Of a stretch of 38,219 nt of DNA, positions 27,017-36,579 are shown in pieces. The position numbers were made by a program, and so were the translations under genes. Origin of the DNA: Candidatus Undinarchaeota archaeon (GTDB taxonomy: Archaea > SpSt-1190). Each line of letters starts with the position of its first letter. The first letter of the stretch is position 1. Under the pieces are notes generated by a model that was not told where the DNA came from, ran no database searches, and saw only the letters and a program-made list of their open reading frames with translations. Location: NCBI GenBank assembly GCA_964549355.1, contig CAZJUS010000004.1:1-38219 (forward strand), in the 5' to 3' direction.

Positions 27017-28735
27017 GTGGTAAAAATAGGCCTTGAAATTCACCAGCAGCTTGATACACATAAACTCTTCTGCATGTGCCCTTCAAAACTGTCCGACAGG
27101 GCAGACTTCAAATTCAGCAGGAGGCTCCGCCCAGTCATCAGTGAGATGGGCCAGCTTGACAGGGCAGCCATCCAGGAGCGCCGCAAAGGCAGGACTGTCG
27201 AGTACTGCGCCTGCAGGGCAAACAGCTGTGCGGTGGAATGGGATGAGGAGCCCCCGCACGAGATGAACCGGGAGGCTCTCGAGACGGCCCTCCAATTCTC
27301 CAGGCTGATGCATGCCAGGCCTGTGGATGAAATCCAGGTCATGAGGAAAATTTTGATTGACGGTTCTGCAGTCTCCGGCTTCCAGAGGACTGCCTTGGTG
27401 GCCACCGGCGGGGAAGTGTCCGGGATTCCAGTCCAGGCGATATGCCTTGAGGAGGATTCCGCCCGCCCGGTGAAGCATCGGGAAGGGCGGGCCGTCTTCA
27501 ACGTGGACCGCCTCGGCACACCCCTCATTGAAATTGCTACTGCACCAGAAATTGCCAGCGGCGAACAGGCCAAGAAGGTTGCGAAGGCCATAGGGGAGCA
27601 TCTCCGCATGCTCAAGGTGAAGCGCGGTGTCGGCACCATACGGCAGGACATAAACATTTCGACGCCCGAAGGCGCGAGGGTGGAAATTAAAGGAGTCCAG
27701 GATTTGGACCTGATTCCAAAAATTGTTGATTTCGAAATTTCACGGCAACAGCATCTGGCCAAACTTGCGCCCCGTCTCAAAAAAGTAAAATTCACAAAAC
27801 CGGTTGATGTTTCAAAAGCATTCACAAAAACTGCTTCCAAAATTTTTTCCGGCAAGAAGGTTTATGCTGTTGTGGCTAAGAATGCATCCGGACTCTTTTC
27901 ACAAAAAATTCACAAAGGAAAACATCTCGGGCGGGAGATTGCTGAATATGTAAAAGCATATGGCTTTGGAGGTTTTATTCACACCGATGAAGATATGAAA
28001 AAATACAAAATAGATGCCGAACTGGCCTCCGTAAAAAAGCGACTGAAAGCCACGGACAAAGATTTGGTAATTTTGGCTGCCGGGTCGCCTGAGCCTTTGA
28101 ACTTGGCGGTTGAAAGAGTGCATCAACTGTCCAATGGGGTGACTGAGGATACCCGCAGGGCCAACCTCGACGGCTCCTCGAGCTTCCTCCGCCCGCTTCC
28201 GACAGGCGCCCGCATGTACCCGGAAACTGATGTGCCCCCCATCCGGCCTTTCAGGGTCAAAGACCCGGAGACTCCGGAAAAACGGCTGAAAATGCTGAAG
28301 AAAATACTTCCTGAGCAGATTGCTGTGAGGCTCCATACCAGCCCGGACTATTGCATCTTCAGGGATTTGGGTTCTGCGCCGATACTTGGCTTTGTTTTGA
28401 CCCAGCAGGTTCCCGCCATGCGGCGTGCCGGAAAAAAAGTCACCAGGGAGCACCTGCAGACTCTGCTTAAAGTATATGGCGGTGAAAAAGGGAGTGCGTT
28501 GACCGATTTGCTGAACCGGATTGTTTCAGGTGAAAAGATATTGCAAGCCAAGAAAGTCGGCGAATCCGAGGCGAGAGCTTTTGTGAAGCAATTAATTAAG
28601 GATAGGAAAGAATACATTCACAAAAACCCCAATGCAGTGAAAGGGTTGATGGGGGTATTCATGAAAAAATTCCGGGGAAAATACCCTGGAAAGCTTGCTG
28701 CAAAAATAATCCAAGAAGAGCTCGACAATTTATGA
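27017..28735 (+). CDS. gatE: Glu-tRNA(Gln) amidotransferase subunit E
   Basis: KIGLEIHQQLDT..KLFCMC N-terminus is typical of archaeal GatE. GTG start chosen at 27017 (homologs begin at this motif) rather than the track ATG at 26975. Confidence 0.8.
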   Translation: MVKIGLEIHQQLDTHKLFCMCPSKLSDRADFKFSRRLRPVISEMGQLDRAAIQERRKGRTVEYCACRANSCAVEWDEEPPHEMNREALETALQFSRLMHARPVDEIQVMRKILIDGSAVSGFQRTALVATGGEVSGIPVQAICLEEDSARPVKHREGRAVFNVDRLGTPLIEIATAPEIASGEQAKKVAKAIGEHLRMLKVKRGVGTIRQDINISTPEGARVEIKGVQDLDLIPKIVDFEISRQQHLAKLAPRLKKVKFTKPVDVSKAFTKTASKIFSGKKVYAVVAKNASGLFSQKIHKGKHLGREIAEYVKAYGFGGFIHTDEDMKKYKIDAELASVKKRLKATDKDLVILAAGSPEPLNLAVERVHQLSNGVTEDTRRANLDGSSSFLRPLPTGARMYPETDVPPIRPFRVKDPETPEKRLKMLKKILPEQIAVRLHTSPDYCIFRDLGSAPILGFVLTQQVPAMRRAGKKVTREHLQTLLKVYGGEKGSALTDLLNRIVSGEKILQAKKVGESEARAFVKQLIKDRKEYIHKNPNAVKGLMGVFMKKFRGKYPGKLAAKIIQEELDNL

Positions 28736-28826
28736 ATAAGAATTTGATAAAAATGTTTCCAAGGCGCGAACATCTACAGGAGATTTTGCTTTTAATTTTG
28801 GAAGCTCGCCCCCCTCAAGATATTGT

Positions 28827-29144
28827 TCAATGATTCTTTAATTTTTCATTCACTGCTATCATCTCTCCGCAATCTTCATAAAAAATTTTATCCCCAGTTT
28901 TGCCACCTACAATCAAGTAGTCTCTTCCAGGGCCTGCTCCTTTGGAGATTTCCCAGGGTTTCTGTTCAATTTGCTTTTCAATCCTGATGTTGAGGGTGCT
29001 GTATTCAATCTGCCCTGGGGAAGTGTAGACTTTCCTCCTTTCTTCCTCCACTATGTCCTGCACCTCTTCGGCTCCAATACAGTCCTTGAGTTCGTTATAA
29101 ATACGGTCGATTATGCTGGGCATCCAAGCTGGTATCGGGGGCAT
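28827..29144 (-). CDS. hypothetical protein
   Basis: 105 aa ORF with no recognisable motif. Confidence 0.3.
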   Translation of the reverse strand: MPPIPAWMPSIIDRIYNELKDCIGAEEVQDIVEEERRKVYTSPGQIEYSTLNIRIEKQIEQKPWEISKGAGPGRDYLIVGGKTGDKIFYEDCGEMIAVNEKLKNH

Positions 29145-29307
29145 TAAAGTGGTTTTGTTTTCTATCCTGTGTGGTGACGTTAATTTGCTTCAGATTGGGG
29201 CGGCATCATCACGGCTCAGATACCCCAGGTTTCATCAACCCCAAAACTGGCTTTGCCGGTTTAAAACCCTGCCTGCCCGGAAAGTCTTATAATCAGCTGA
29301 AAATCTG

Positions 29308-29544
29308 TTGGTCATGGCCCAAGATGACGGGTATATACCCCCGGAGCTGCGTCCGAAACCGGTATGGAGGAGGCTTCTGAATCTCGCCGTCTTGGCAGGC
29401 ATAATCTACGGCATATACTACGCATGGCAAACAGGATATCTTTTAAAGGCGCTAGAGTGGCTCATGAGTCAGGATATAATGGTGCTGACCGGCATGGCGG
29501 TCGTGGCCCTGATAGCACTGATATTGGGATTGAGAGGGATATAG
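29308..29544 (+). CDS. small membrane protein
   Basis: 78 aa with two predicted TM helices. Directly upstream of rpl37ae. Confidence 0.4.
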   Translation: MVMAQDDGYIPPELRPKPVWRRLLNLAVLAGIIYGIYYAWQTGYLLKALEWLMSQDIMVLTGMAVVALIALILGLRGI

Positions 29545-29760
29545 ATGGTCATCAGCAAGCTCAACACATCAAAGAGGTTTGGTGCCAGATATGGGACTAA
29601 ACTTAAAAGGAAAGTTGACAATATCGAGCGCAATTACAAGGCTAGAAAATACAAATGCCCGAACTGCGCCAGCACTTCAGTCAAGCGTGAGGCGGCAGGC
29701 ATTTGGAGGTGCAGGAAATGCGGACACAAGTTTGCATCTCATGCTTATAAGGTGGTCTGA
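29545..29760 (+). CDS. rpl37ae: 50S ribosomal protein L37Ae (eL43)
   Basis: 71 aa with zinc ribbon CPNC...CRKCGHKF and the conserved GIWRC. Confidence 0.85.
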   Translation: MVISKLNTSKRFGARYGTKLKRKVDNIERNYKARKYKCPNCASTSVKREAAGIWRCRKCGHKFASHAYKVV

Positions 29761-29900
29761 TGGGTATTTACAGATGTTTCAAATGCGGGAAAAGGGTGGA
29801 CATTGATTTGAGGTATGAGCGGGTTCGGTGCCCGTTTTGCGGCTACAAAATCCTCGTAAAAATGAGAGCCCCTTCAATAAAAAAAATAAAAGCAAGATGA
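29760..29900 (+). CDS. rpoP: DNA-directed RNA polymerase subunit P (Rpo12/RpoP)
   Basis: 46 aa MGIYRCFKCGKRVDIDLRYERVRCPFCGYKILVKMRAPSIKKIKAR with two CxxC pairs. The start overlaps the rpl37ae stop (tgATGg). End coordinate uses ORF-track registration through an A-run. Confidence 0.75.
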   Translation: MGIYRCFKCGKRVDIDLRYERVRCPFCGYKILVKMRAPSIKKIKAR

Positions 29901-29909
29901 AAGTGAACG

Positions 29910-30254
29910 GTGGTATGGATGGAAGAATTAAGCCCCCAGCAGAAGCACGCAATAACCCAGGCCAACATCTATCAACAGCAGCTCCAGATTATGATATCCC
30001 AACGGCAGCAGATCGAGCTGCAAATCAAGGAAGCTGAGCTGGCAGTTGAAGAGCTGGAGAAGGAAACTGCCCCGCACGTCTTTAAAGCAATAGGCCCTGC
30101 CCTTGTGAAAAAGAAAAGAGAGGATGTGATTGCGGATTTAAAGGAGACAATTGCCAAACTCGATGTTAGATTGAAGAATCTCAAATCGCAGGAGAAAAAA
30201 CTCAGCGATAAAATTCGTGAATTGAGTTCAAAAGCCAATGCTGGCAAAAAGTGA
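29910..30254 (+). CDS. pfdB: prefoldin subunit beta
   Basis: 114 aa coiled-coil protein with a prefoldin beta pattern (QQLQIMISQRQQIELQIKEAELAVEELEK...VFKAIGPALVK). Confidence 0.8.
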   Translation: MVWMEELSPQQKHAITQANIYQQQLQIMISQRQQIELQIKEAELAVEELEKETAPHVFKAIGPALVKKKREDVIADLKETIAKLDVRLKNLKSQEKKLSDKIRELSSKANAGKK

Positions 30255-30270
30255 ATGAAATGGTGTTGAA

Positions 30271-30543
30271 ATGGGAGAAGGAGGAGCTATTGAAAGGGCA
30301 ATTGAAATTCTGAACAAGATTATGGAAGATCCTGCCGTCCCCCGCAACATAAAAAACACCTGCAGAGAAGCTGTGGCCAGACTCAACAAAAGCGGAGAGG
30401 CCGAACACATCAGAGCGGGCGCGACTACCTGCATCCTCGATGATTTAAACCAGGACCCCAACCTGCCTTTTTATACCCGCGCCCAGATATGGGAAGTGAC
30501 AAGCATTCTTGAAACTGTAAAGACGCCAAAGATTAAGTATTAA
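30271..30543 (+). CDS. conserved small archaeal protein (possibly UPF0147 family)
   Basis: 90 aa. Family assignment is from memory of similar small archaeal proteins in this neighbourhood and is low confidence. Confidence 0.35.
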   Translation: MGEGGAIERAIEILNKIMEDPAVPRNIKNTCREAVARLNKSGEAEHIRAGATTCILDDLNQDPNLPFYTRAQIWEVTSILETVKTPKIKY

Positions 30544-30573
30544 TATTGGCGGAAGACTGAATTTTGTGGTATC

Positions 30574-30903
30574 ATGATAGGCGGATTACTCAAAGCTGGC
30601 AAAATCAGGAAGGTCGAAGATGTAGTCGAAGCTCAGATGTCCCATGATGTAAAGAAAAAAATCAAACTCGGCCTGTTGGTCATGGAGAGGTATACTGATG
30701 TCGAGAAAGTTTTGGCAAAATTCAGAAAGGCAGATTCTATTTTGATTGTGAAGATATCCGTGCTGAGGGACAGGGATATGAGTGAATTGAAGAAAGCGAT
30801 AGACAGAATCAAGACGCACTGCAATGTAACTGGTGCCGAGCTGGCAGCTTTGGACGACAATTGGATAGTCTTGGTCCCTCCAATAGTCGAAGTCATCAAA
30901 TAG
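30574..30903 (+). CDS. sepF: SepF-like (DUF552) cell-division protein
   Basis: The C-terminal pattern ADSILIVKISVLRDRDMSELKKAIDRIK...VTGAELAALDDNWIVLVPPIVEV matches the SepF fold signature. Confidence 0.55.
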   Translation: MIGGLLKAGKIRKVEDVVEAQMSHDVKKKIKLGLLVMERYTDVEKVLAKFRKADSILIVKISVLRDRDMSELKKAIDRIKTHCNVTGAELAALDDNWIVLVPPIVEVIK

Positions 30904-30912
30904 ATATTCAAG

Positions 30913-31362
30913 ATGATATGTCCTGTTTGCAAACGGCCTTTGAAGGTTGTTGTGAAGGAGCAGTCGGATTTTGTCGGGGGGAGCGTTACCCTGGTTGCCT
31001 TAATTTGCAAAGCATGCCCCTACAAAACTCTCGACATACTGCCCAATGAATCCCATCCGCCTGCCCGTTTGGTTTTCCATGTGAGAAGTGAACGCGATTT
31101 GAATGTCATTGTGGCCCGGAGCTCGACGGCGACCATTCGGATTCCTGAAATAAAGGCTTCGATAACTCCCGGAACAGCATCTCCGGGCTTCATAACTACG
31201 GTTGAAGGGGTGCTGCGCCGGTTCAAGATGCATCTGAAGAGCCCCGAGGCTGAGGCCTGCATTGACAGGCTTCTCAGCGGTGAACCATTCACACTTATTG
31301 TCGAAGATCCGAGAGGCAGTAGTGCTATAAATTCACTGAGAGTCGAAACGGAGCCCCTGTGA
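30913..31362 (+). CDS. ZPR1-related zinc-finger protein
   Basis: N-terminal CPVC...CKACPY zinc ribbon followed by ITTVEGVL and IVEDPRGSSAI, reminiscent of the ZPR1 domain. Confidence 0.5.
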   Translation: MICPVCKRPLKVVVKEQSDFVGGSVTLVALICKACPYKTLDILPNESHPPARLVFHVRSERDLNVIVARSSTATIRIPEIKASITPGTASPGFITTVEGVLRRFKMHLKSPEAEACIDRLLSGEPFTLIVEDPRGSSAINSLRVETEPL

Positions 31363-31436
31363 AGGCTATGTCCGGGACCGCCGAAATATAGCATGCATCA
31401 TAAGAACGCTTTTAAATCCCAGAAGCTTTACTTCCT

Positions 31437-31991
31437 GTGGAGGGCCCAGAATACAAGGTTCAAAATGTTGTCGTAACTGGGAAACTGGCATCGTCTTTAA
31501 ACCTCATAGAGATCAACAATAAAATTGATGAGAGTGTATATGAGCCCGCCAAGTTTCCTGCATTGAGGATCAAGATGTTCGGCGTCGGCTTTTTGTTGTA
31601 CAGCTCCGGCAATTTTGTCTGCAGTGGCGCGAGGGGGACTGAAGGCGCGCAGGAGAAGGCCAACAAAATTGCAAACCTGTTGCGGGAGAAAGGCATCAAA
31701 GTCGAAGATCCAAAGGTAGAAGTGCGAAATATTGTTGTTAGCGTTGATATGAAAAGAAGCCTCCGCCTCCATGAACTTGCTTATGTGATTCCCGATTCCG
31801 AATACGACCCTGAAGCCTTCCCCGGCATGAAGCTGAGGAAAGGTTCGACGAGAATCCTGGTTTTCAGGACCGGGAAGGCAATCATCCCAGGGCTCCGGAC
31901 CATCGAAGAGGTCGAAAGCACAATCGGATGGCTCAGGCGGACTCTTGATTCTGCCGAAAGTGAAGTCGATAATTTCAAAAAACCTTACTGA
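31437..31991 (+). CDS. tbp: TATA-box binding protein
   Basis: Two TBP repeats (IQNVVVTGKL...LNLIEI / VRNIVVSVDM...). A TATA-like ttttaaat at 31406-31413 precedes the leaderless GTG start. Confidence 0.85.
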   Translation: MEGPEYKVQNVVVTGKLASSLNLIEINNKIDESVYEPAKFPALRIKMFGVGFLLYSSGNFVCSGARGTEGAQEKANKIANLLREKGIKVEDPKVEVRNIVVSVDMKRSLRLHELAYVIPDSEYDPEAFPGMKLRKGSTRILVFRTGKAIIPGLRTIEEVESTIGWLRRTLDSAESEVDNFKKPY

Positions 31992-32055
31992 GTTGAATTT
32001 TCCACAGGAAATAAAGGTTGGAAGGTAATATTCAGTTTGCGTCTGCCACCGCCAT

Positions 32056-33162
32056 TCACTTTTCACTTTGTTGTTTGTATTTTCCGAATTTATCCCGCAG
32101 CTTGCCGAGCTCCGGTGAAAATTTCTCAAGATTTTTTTCAGCCTCGATTTTTTTTCTCTGGTGCTCCTCCAGCATTTTGGTCATATGCTTTGTAAGGACC
32201 TGCTTGCAGTCACCGCATAGATATTCGCCGGACCGGCACTGCTTCCGGAAGTCGATTCCGAACAGGACCTTGAGGTATTTGTAGACTACGCATACGTCAG
32301 GGTTGCCGCCCTTTTCCTTCTGCTCCTTGGCCGTCGGCAGACCGCCTGTGAATGCATCCTTGATTTTTTTCTTGATCTGCTGCGGCGTGTCAGATGTAAA
32401 AATTGCTGTTTCCGGCCTGCTGGAGCTCATTTTGCCCCCTGTCAGGCCCGGCAGAAACTTGGACAGTATGTCCCCCGGCTTGGCCAGCCCCATCTTTGGT
32501 GCGACATCCCGGGTGAGCTTCACAAAAACATCCTGGTCCAGTCCGATTGGGACTATCGTGGGGACTCCCAGTTTTTTGGTTGGATATAAAATATGTGCAG
32601 CTTGAATTGCAGGATAAAAGTGAACGCCAACATTTATGTCATCTGTGAATCCGAGGGCGGCTTTCACCGTGCTCAGAGTCATGTGCGACGCAGCCTCAAT
32701 TGCAAGATTGTAAACCTCCTGCTTCAATGTTGCCAAATCCAGCATGACTTCTGTTTTTTTCGGGTCGAAGCCGATGGCCAGCATATCCAGCAGATTTTCA
32801 TAGCTCATCTTCAGGACGTGCTCAATCTTCAAGCCTCTTGCCAGAAGTTTTTCATCATCGCTGAACGGCAGGAATACAAAGGCATCGAATTTGTCCTGCA
32901 GATATTTCACAAACTTGAAAACCAGGAGATGGCCAATATGCATATTCATGCTCGGGCCCCGCCCCGATATCACTGCGAATCCGTCAGGGTTTGCAAGGAT
33001 TTTGTCCAGATCCCTGTGTGCAAAGAAAATCTCAGGCACCAGGGGGTGGTCCAGCTTCTTGGCAAGACTGCCGTCTATGAGCGAAGCTCCAAAGTCCTTG
33101 ACGACTTTTTCATAGTCGACCTGGCTGACTTTTTCCTCGACCTCATAGGCGCCGACTGCCAT
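32056..33162 (-). CDS. trpS: tryptophanyl-tRNA synthetase (archaeal/eukaryotic type)
   Basis: GRGPSMNMHIGHLLVFKFVKYLQD (HIGH), FPAIQAA, KMSSS. Matches archaeal/eukaryotic TrpRS rather than TyrRS. Confidence 0.8.
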   Translation of the reverse strand: MAVGAYEVEEKVSQVDYEKVVKDFGASLIDGSLAKKLDHPLVPEIFFAHRDLDKILANPDGFAVISGRGPSMNMHIGHLLVFKFVKYLQDKFDAFVFLPFSDDEKLLARGLKIEHVLKMSYENLLDMLAIGFDPKKTEVMLDLATLKQEVYNLAIEAASHMTLSTVKAALGFTDDINVGVHFYPAIQAAHILYPTKKLGVPTIVPIGLDQDVFVKLTRDVAPKMGLAKPGDILSKFLPGLTGGKMSSSRPETAIFTSDTPQQIKKKIKDAFTGGLPTAKEQKEKGGNPDVCVVYKYLKVLFGIDFRKQCRSGEYLCGDCKQVLTKHMTKMLEEHQRKKIEAEKNLEKFSPELGKLRDKFGKYKQQSEK

Positions 33163-33184
33163 GGTTTTTTCAGTTCCTTGTGAC

Positions 33185-33222
33185 TTTTATATGTGTAGGT
33201 CCGAAAAGAAACACCTATAATT
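33185..33222. promoter_or_regulatory. two TATA-like boxes in the divergent trpS / hypothetical-gene intergenic region
   Basis: ttttatat at 33185-33192 is about 27 nt from the trpS ATG (33162). ctataatt at 33215-33222 is about 26 nt from the ATG at 33244. Confidence 0.4.
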
Positions 33223-33243
33223 CCAAATCCACATATAACCTGC

Positions 33244-33861
33244 ATGGGCTTTCGAAAGTCTGCCGGAAGCATGGATGAGTGGTTCAGAGTCAAAGCCGAG
33301 GAACTCCGCAGGAAATACGACATAGCCCCGGACACCCAAGTTGATACGAGGGACCTCCGCAGGGTTTTTGACGGGGAAGGCATATCTGCGCCGGTCCTGA
33401 GGTATGACAACCACTACATGCTCTATCTTGGAGATGATGAAGTCTATGATCCGCTCTATGGAATCAGGATGCTTGATGAGCGTGAGCTTGGGCTGGCGTC
33501 CGACGGCGCAGGGATTCAAGGCACCGTCCTTCTGTTTGGCAGGTATGTTGATGCGCTTTTGGAGAAAAGCAGTCAGCTCCCTGCCGAGGACCGGAAGGCG
33601 CTGGCGGAAGTCTACAAATACTCCGAAGGCGATGAAGGCGGGGCGGTTTTTGATGCCATATGCACTTCAAAGCATTTTTTTGATACTTTCATAGCATCTT
33701 CAATGCCGCCACTCAAGCCCAACGGGCGTGGCAGGAGGATTTTCAACGAAGTAAGGCAGTCGAATCCAACCGACTGCGGACTCTACGCTGTTTTGATGGC
33801 AGGGGTGCTCCAAGGGGCATACTCCGGCAAAAGCCAAGATTTATTTACAGTTCGGCATTGA
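33244..33861 (+). CDS. hypothetical protein with C-terminal Cys motif (QSNPTDCGLYAVLMAG)
   Basis: 205 aa. The motif resembles the catalytic Cys context of papain-like/C39 peptidases, but it is near the C-terminus, so the assignment is weak. Confidence 0.35.
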   Translation: MGFRKSAGSMDEWFRVKAEELRRKYDIAPDTQVDTRDLRRVFDGEGISAPVLRYDNHYMLYLGDDEVYDPLYGIRMLDERELGLASDGAGIQGTVLLFGRYVDALLEKSSQLPAEDRKALAEVYKYSEGDEGGAVFDAICTSKHFFDTFIASSMPPLKPNGRGRRIFNEVRQSNPTDCGLYAVLMAGVLQGAYSGKSQDLFTVRH

Positions 33862-33868
33862 TTTTCCC

Positions 33869-35593
33869 ATGCTCAGGACGCATACCTGTGGCGAACTCAA
33901 GCTTAAGCACAAGGGCAGGAAGGCGACCCTCTGCGGATGGGTGCACTCCGTCCGGATTATGGGCAGGAAGGCCTTTGTCGACCTTCGGGACAGATACGGA
34001 ACGACCCAGGTGGTCATGGACGAAAAGCTGAAGGGGGTGATTGCCAAGCTCACCCGCGAATCAGTTATTTTGGTTTCGGGCAAGGTCGCCAAGAGAAAGG
34101 AAGCAAATCCAAAGCTGGCGACCGGCGATATTGAATTGGTGGCCGAGACTGCAGTGGTGCTTTCCAAGGCGTCCCCGCTCCCCTTTGAAGTCTTCAAGAA
34201 GGACATAAAGACCACCGAGGAAACCCGCCTGAAATACCGCTTCCTCGACCTCCGGCGCCCGGATGCCCAGAGGATAATGGAGTTCCGTTTCCAGGCAGCG
34301 AACACTATCCGCAACTACTGCACCCTGAAAGGTTTTGTTGAGCTTGAAACGCCAATGCTCGGCAAGCCGACCCCGGAAGGGGCCCGCGATTTTCTGGTCC
34401 CGAGCCGTTCCTTCAAGGGCAGTTTCTGGGCCCTTCCGCAGAGCCCGCAGATTTACAAGCAGCTGCTTATGGTGGCGGGCTTCGACAAGTATTTCCAGAT
34501 GGCGCGGTGCTTCCGTGATGAGGACCTCAGGTCCGACCGCCAGTACGAGTTTACCCAGATTGATGTGGAGATGAGCTTTGTCAATGATGAGGATGTGATG
34601 AAATTTTCAGAAGGCATGATAGCCACCCTCTACGCCCAGCTTTTGGGCATCAAGCTCAAGAAGCCCTTCCCTGTCATGGAATGGCGGGAAGCCATGGACA
34701 GATACGGCAGCGACAAGCCGGACCGGAGGTTCGGCATGGAGCTTGTCAACATGACGGACTTTATGCACAAGAGCGGTTTCAGGGTTTTTGAGGAAGCTGT
34801 TGAAAAGGGAGGGGTTGTAAAGGGCTTCCTTTACCCGGGCAGGCTCAGCAAGAAGGAGCTTGAAAGCTTTGACCGGATTGCCAGGGAGCACGGCTTTCCC
34901 GGAGTGGCATGGACTTTGATTGAAGAAGCCACACTGGCGGGTGGGATTTCGAAGCATATTCTTATTGCCAAGCCCGAGCTCATCAAGCTCGGCGAAGGCA
35001 CACTTTTCATGCTGGCAGGCGAATGGAGGAGGGTCAGCGAAGCTCTGGGGGCCATGCGTGTATTGGGCGGCGAACTCCTTGGCCTCCGCAAAGGCTTTGA
35101 CATCCTTTGGGTTGTGAATTTCCCCCTCTTTGAATGGGGGGATGAGCGCCAGGCCCTCCAGCCCGCGCACCATCCATTCACAGCACCGAAGCAGGGCTAC
35201 GAAAGCAAGCTTGCCGACTGGAAGCGCCTTGACAAGCAGGAGCTCCTTGACATTCCTTCCCGGACCTTCGACCTTGTTATAAACGGCATGGAGATTGGAG
35301 GGGGCTCCATCCGTATTACGGACAGGGACCTCCAGCGCAAAGTCTTTGAACTGCTGGAGATTTCAGAGGCAGAGGCCGAGCGCAAATTCGGCATGCTCCT
35401 TGAAGCTTTCAAATACGGCGTCCCCCCGCACGGGGGCATTGCCCTTGGATTCGAGCGCCTGCTCCAGGTCATGCTGGGGCGCGACAGTGTTCGGGATGTC
35501 ATAGCATTCCCGAAAAGCAAGTCGGGCAGGGCCCTCATGGAGGACGCCCCCAGCGAGGCCGATGCGGAACAGTTGAAGGATTTGGGCATCTGA
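33869..35593 (+). CDS. aspS: aspartyl-tRNA synthetase, bacterial type with GAD insertion domain
   Basis: 574 aa, collinear with E. coli AspRS: LKYRFLDLRR, TPEGARDFLVPSR, FRDEDLRSDRQYEFTQIDVEMSF, RYGSDKPDRRF, GGGSIRI, GVPPHGGIALGFERL. Confidence 0.9.
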   Translation: MLRTHTCGELKLKHKGRKATLCGWVHSVRIMGRKAFVDLRDRYGTTQVVMDEKLKGVIAKLTRESVILVSGKVAKRKEANPKLATGDIELVAETAVVLSKASPLPFEVFKKDIKTTEETRLKYRFLDLRRPDAQRIMEFRFQAANTIRNYCTLKGFVELETPMLGKPTPEGARDFLVPSRSFKGSFWALPQSPQIYKQLLMVAGFDKYFQMARCFRDEDLRSDRQYEFTQIDVEMSFVNDEDVMKFSEGMIATLYAQLLGIKLKKPFPVMEWREAMDRYGSDKPDRRFGMELVNMTDFMHKSGFRVFEEAVEKGGVVKGFLYPGRLSKKELESFDRIAREHGFPGVAWTLIEEATLAGGISKHILIAKPELIKLGEGTLFMLAGEWRRVSEALGAMRVLGGELLGLRKGFDILWVVNFPLFEWGDERQALQPAHHPFTAPKQGYESKLADWKRLDKQELLDIPSRTFDLVINGMEIGGGSIRITDRDLQRKVFELLEISEAEAERKFGMLLEAFKYGVPPHGGIALGFERLLQVMLGRDSVRDVIAFPKSKSGRALMEDAPSEADAEQLKDLGI

Positions 35594-35625
35594 ATGCCTT
35601 TTAAAGTTTCAAGGCCCGCTTTTTT

Positions 35626-36579
35626 ATGATTGAAGTCACCATACTTGGCACCGGAGCCACCCGCCCCACCCCGCGCAGGTTCACGACTTCCCTGGTGGTC
35701 CGCCACGAGGGGGAGGTCTTCCTCTTTGACTGCGGGGAAGGGGTCCAAATCCGGCTGGGCCAGAGCGGTTTCAGCCTGATGAAAATAGATAAAATTTTCA
35801 TCACGCATTTCCACGGCGACCATATCCTCGGCCTGCCGGGCATACTTTTCAGCATGGCCAAAAACGAGAGGAAGCATCCCGTCAATATTTACGGGCCCGC
35901 TGGACTTGAAAGGATAGTGAACGGACTCCTCAGCCTGGGCTTCGGCCGTATACCATTTGAAGTGAATGTGCATGAGGTGCATCCCGGCCAGTCAATAACA
36001 GGCGAGACATCGAACAAGAGGGGCACGGAGTATGTTATTGACACTTTCAAAACGCGCCATACCAAGGCATCTATCGGCTACATCTTCCGCGAGAAAGGAT
36101 ATGCGAATGTGAATAAACAGAAGATGAAGGATGAAGGTGTAAAGCCCAATCCAAAATTTGCAGAGCTCAAGAAGGGCAGGCAGGTCGAGATAGACGGGAG
36201 GATTTTCAAGCCTGAAGACTGGCTCATCGAGATGCCCGGTGCTTCGGTTGCATACACAGGGGACACCATGAAGGACCCCGGCGTGGTTGAAGCTGTCCGG
36301 GGGGTTGATGTCCTTGTCCACGAGGCCACCTTCATTGAGGAAGACAGGGGGAAGTTTGACTGGGGGCACAGCTCCGCCAGGGATGCTGCGGAGGTGGCAG
36401 GTGAGGCGGAAGCTAAACATCTTTACCTCATTCACTTTTCCCACAGATACAAGACTGTCAGGCCCCTGCTGCTGGAAGCCCGGCAGATTTTCAAGAATTC
36501 TTATATAGCCGAAGACCTTCATGGATTTGTGCTGAAAAAGGGCAGTTTTGCCCAGTTCAAGCCGAAGGGACGTGTCTGA
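35626..36579 (+). CDS. rnz: ribonuclease Z (tRNA 3' endonuclease, metallo-beta-lactamase fold)
   Basis: N-terminal ILGTGATRPTPRR...LFDCGEGVQ and an HFHGDH motif. Confidence 0.8.
   Translation: MIEVTILGTGATRPTPRRFTTSLVVRHEGEVFLFDCGEGVQIRLGQSGFSLMKIDKIFITHFHGDHILGLPGILFSMAKNERKHPVNIYGPAGLERIVNGLLSLGFGRIPFEVNVHEVHPGQSITGETSNKRGTEYVIDTFKTRHTKASIGYIFREKGYANVNKQKMKDEGVKPNPKFAELKKGRQVEIDGRIFKPEDWLIEMPGASVAYTGDTMKDPGVVEAVRGVDVLVHEATFIEEDRGKFDWGHSSARDAAEVAGEAEAKHLYLIHFSHRYKTVRPLLLEARQIFKNSYIAEDLHGFVLKKGSFAQFKPKGRV

Noticed and set aside
27040-27855. 271-aa and 172-aa minus-strand ORFs inside gatE
   Set aside because: Antisense to GatE, and the Arg/Ser-rich composition is typical of spurious GC-rich frames.
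29185-29215. Possible C/D-box sRNA (a GUGAUGA-like box and CUGA on the minus strand) in the 163-bp intergenic region
   Set aside because: The boxes are only about 10 nt apart instead of about 50 nt. No C'/D' pair and no terminal stem, so this is probably chance.
29828-30037. 69-aa ORF overlapping rpoP and the pfdB start in another frame
   Set aside because: It overlaps two well-supported conserved genes (RpoP zinc ribbon, prefoldin beta), and its Lys/Asn-rich product is an A-run artefact.
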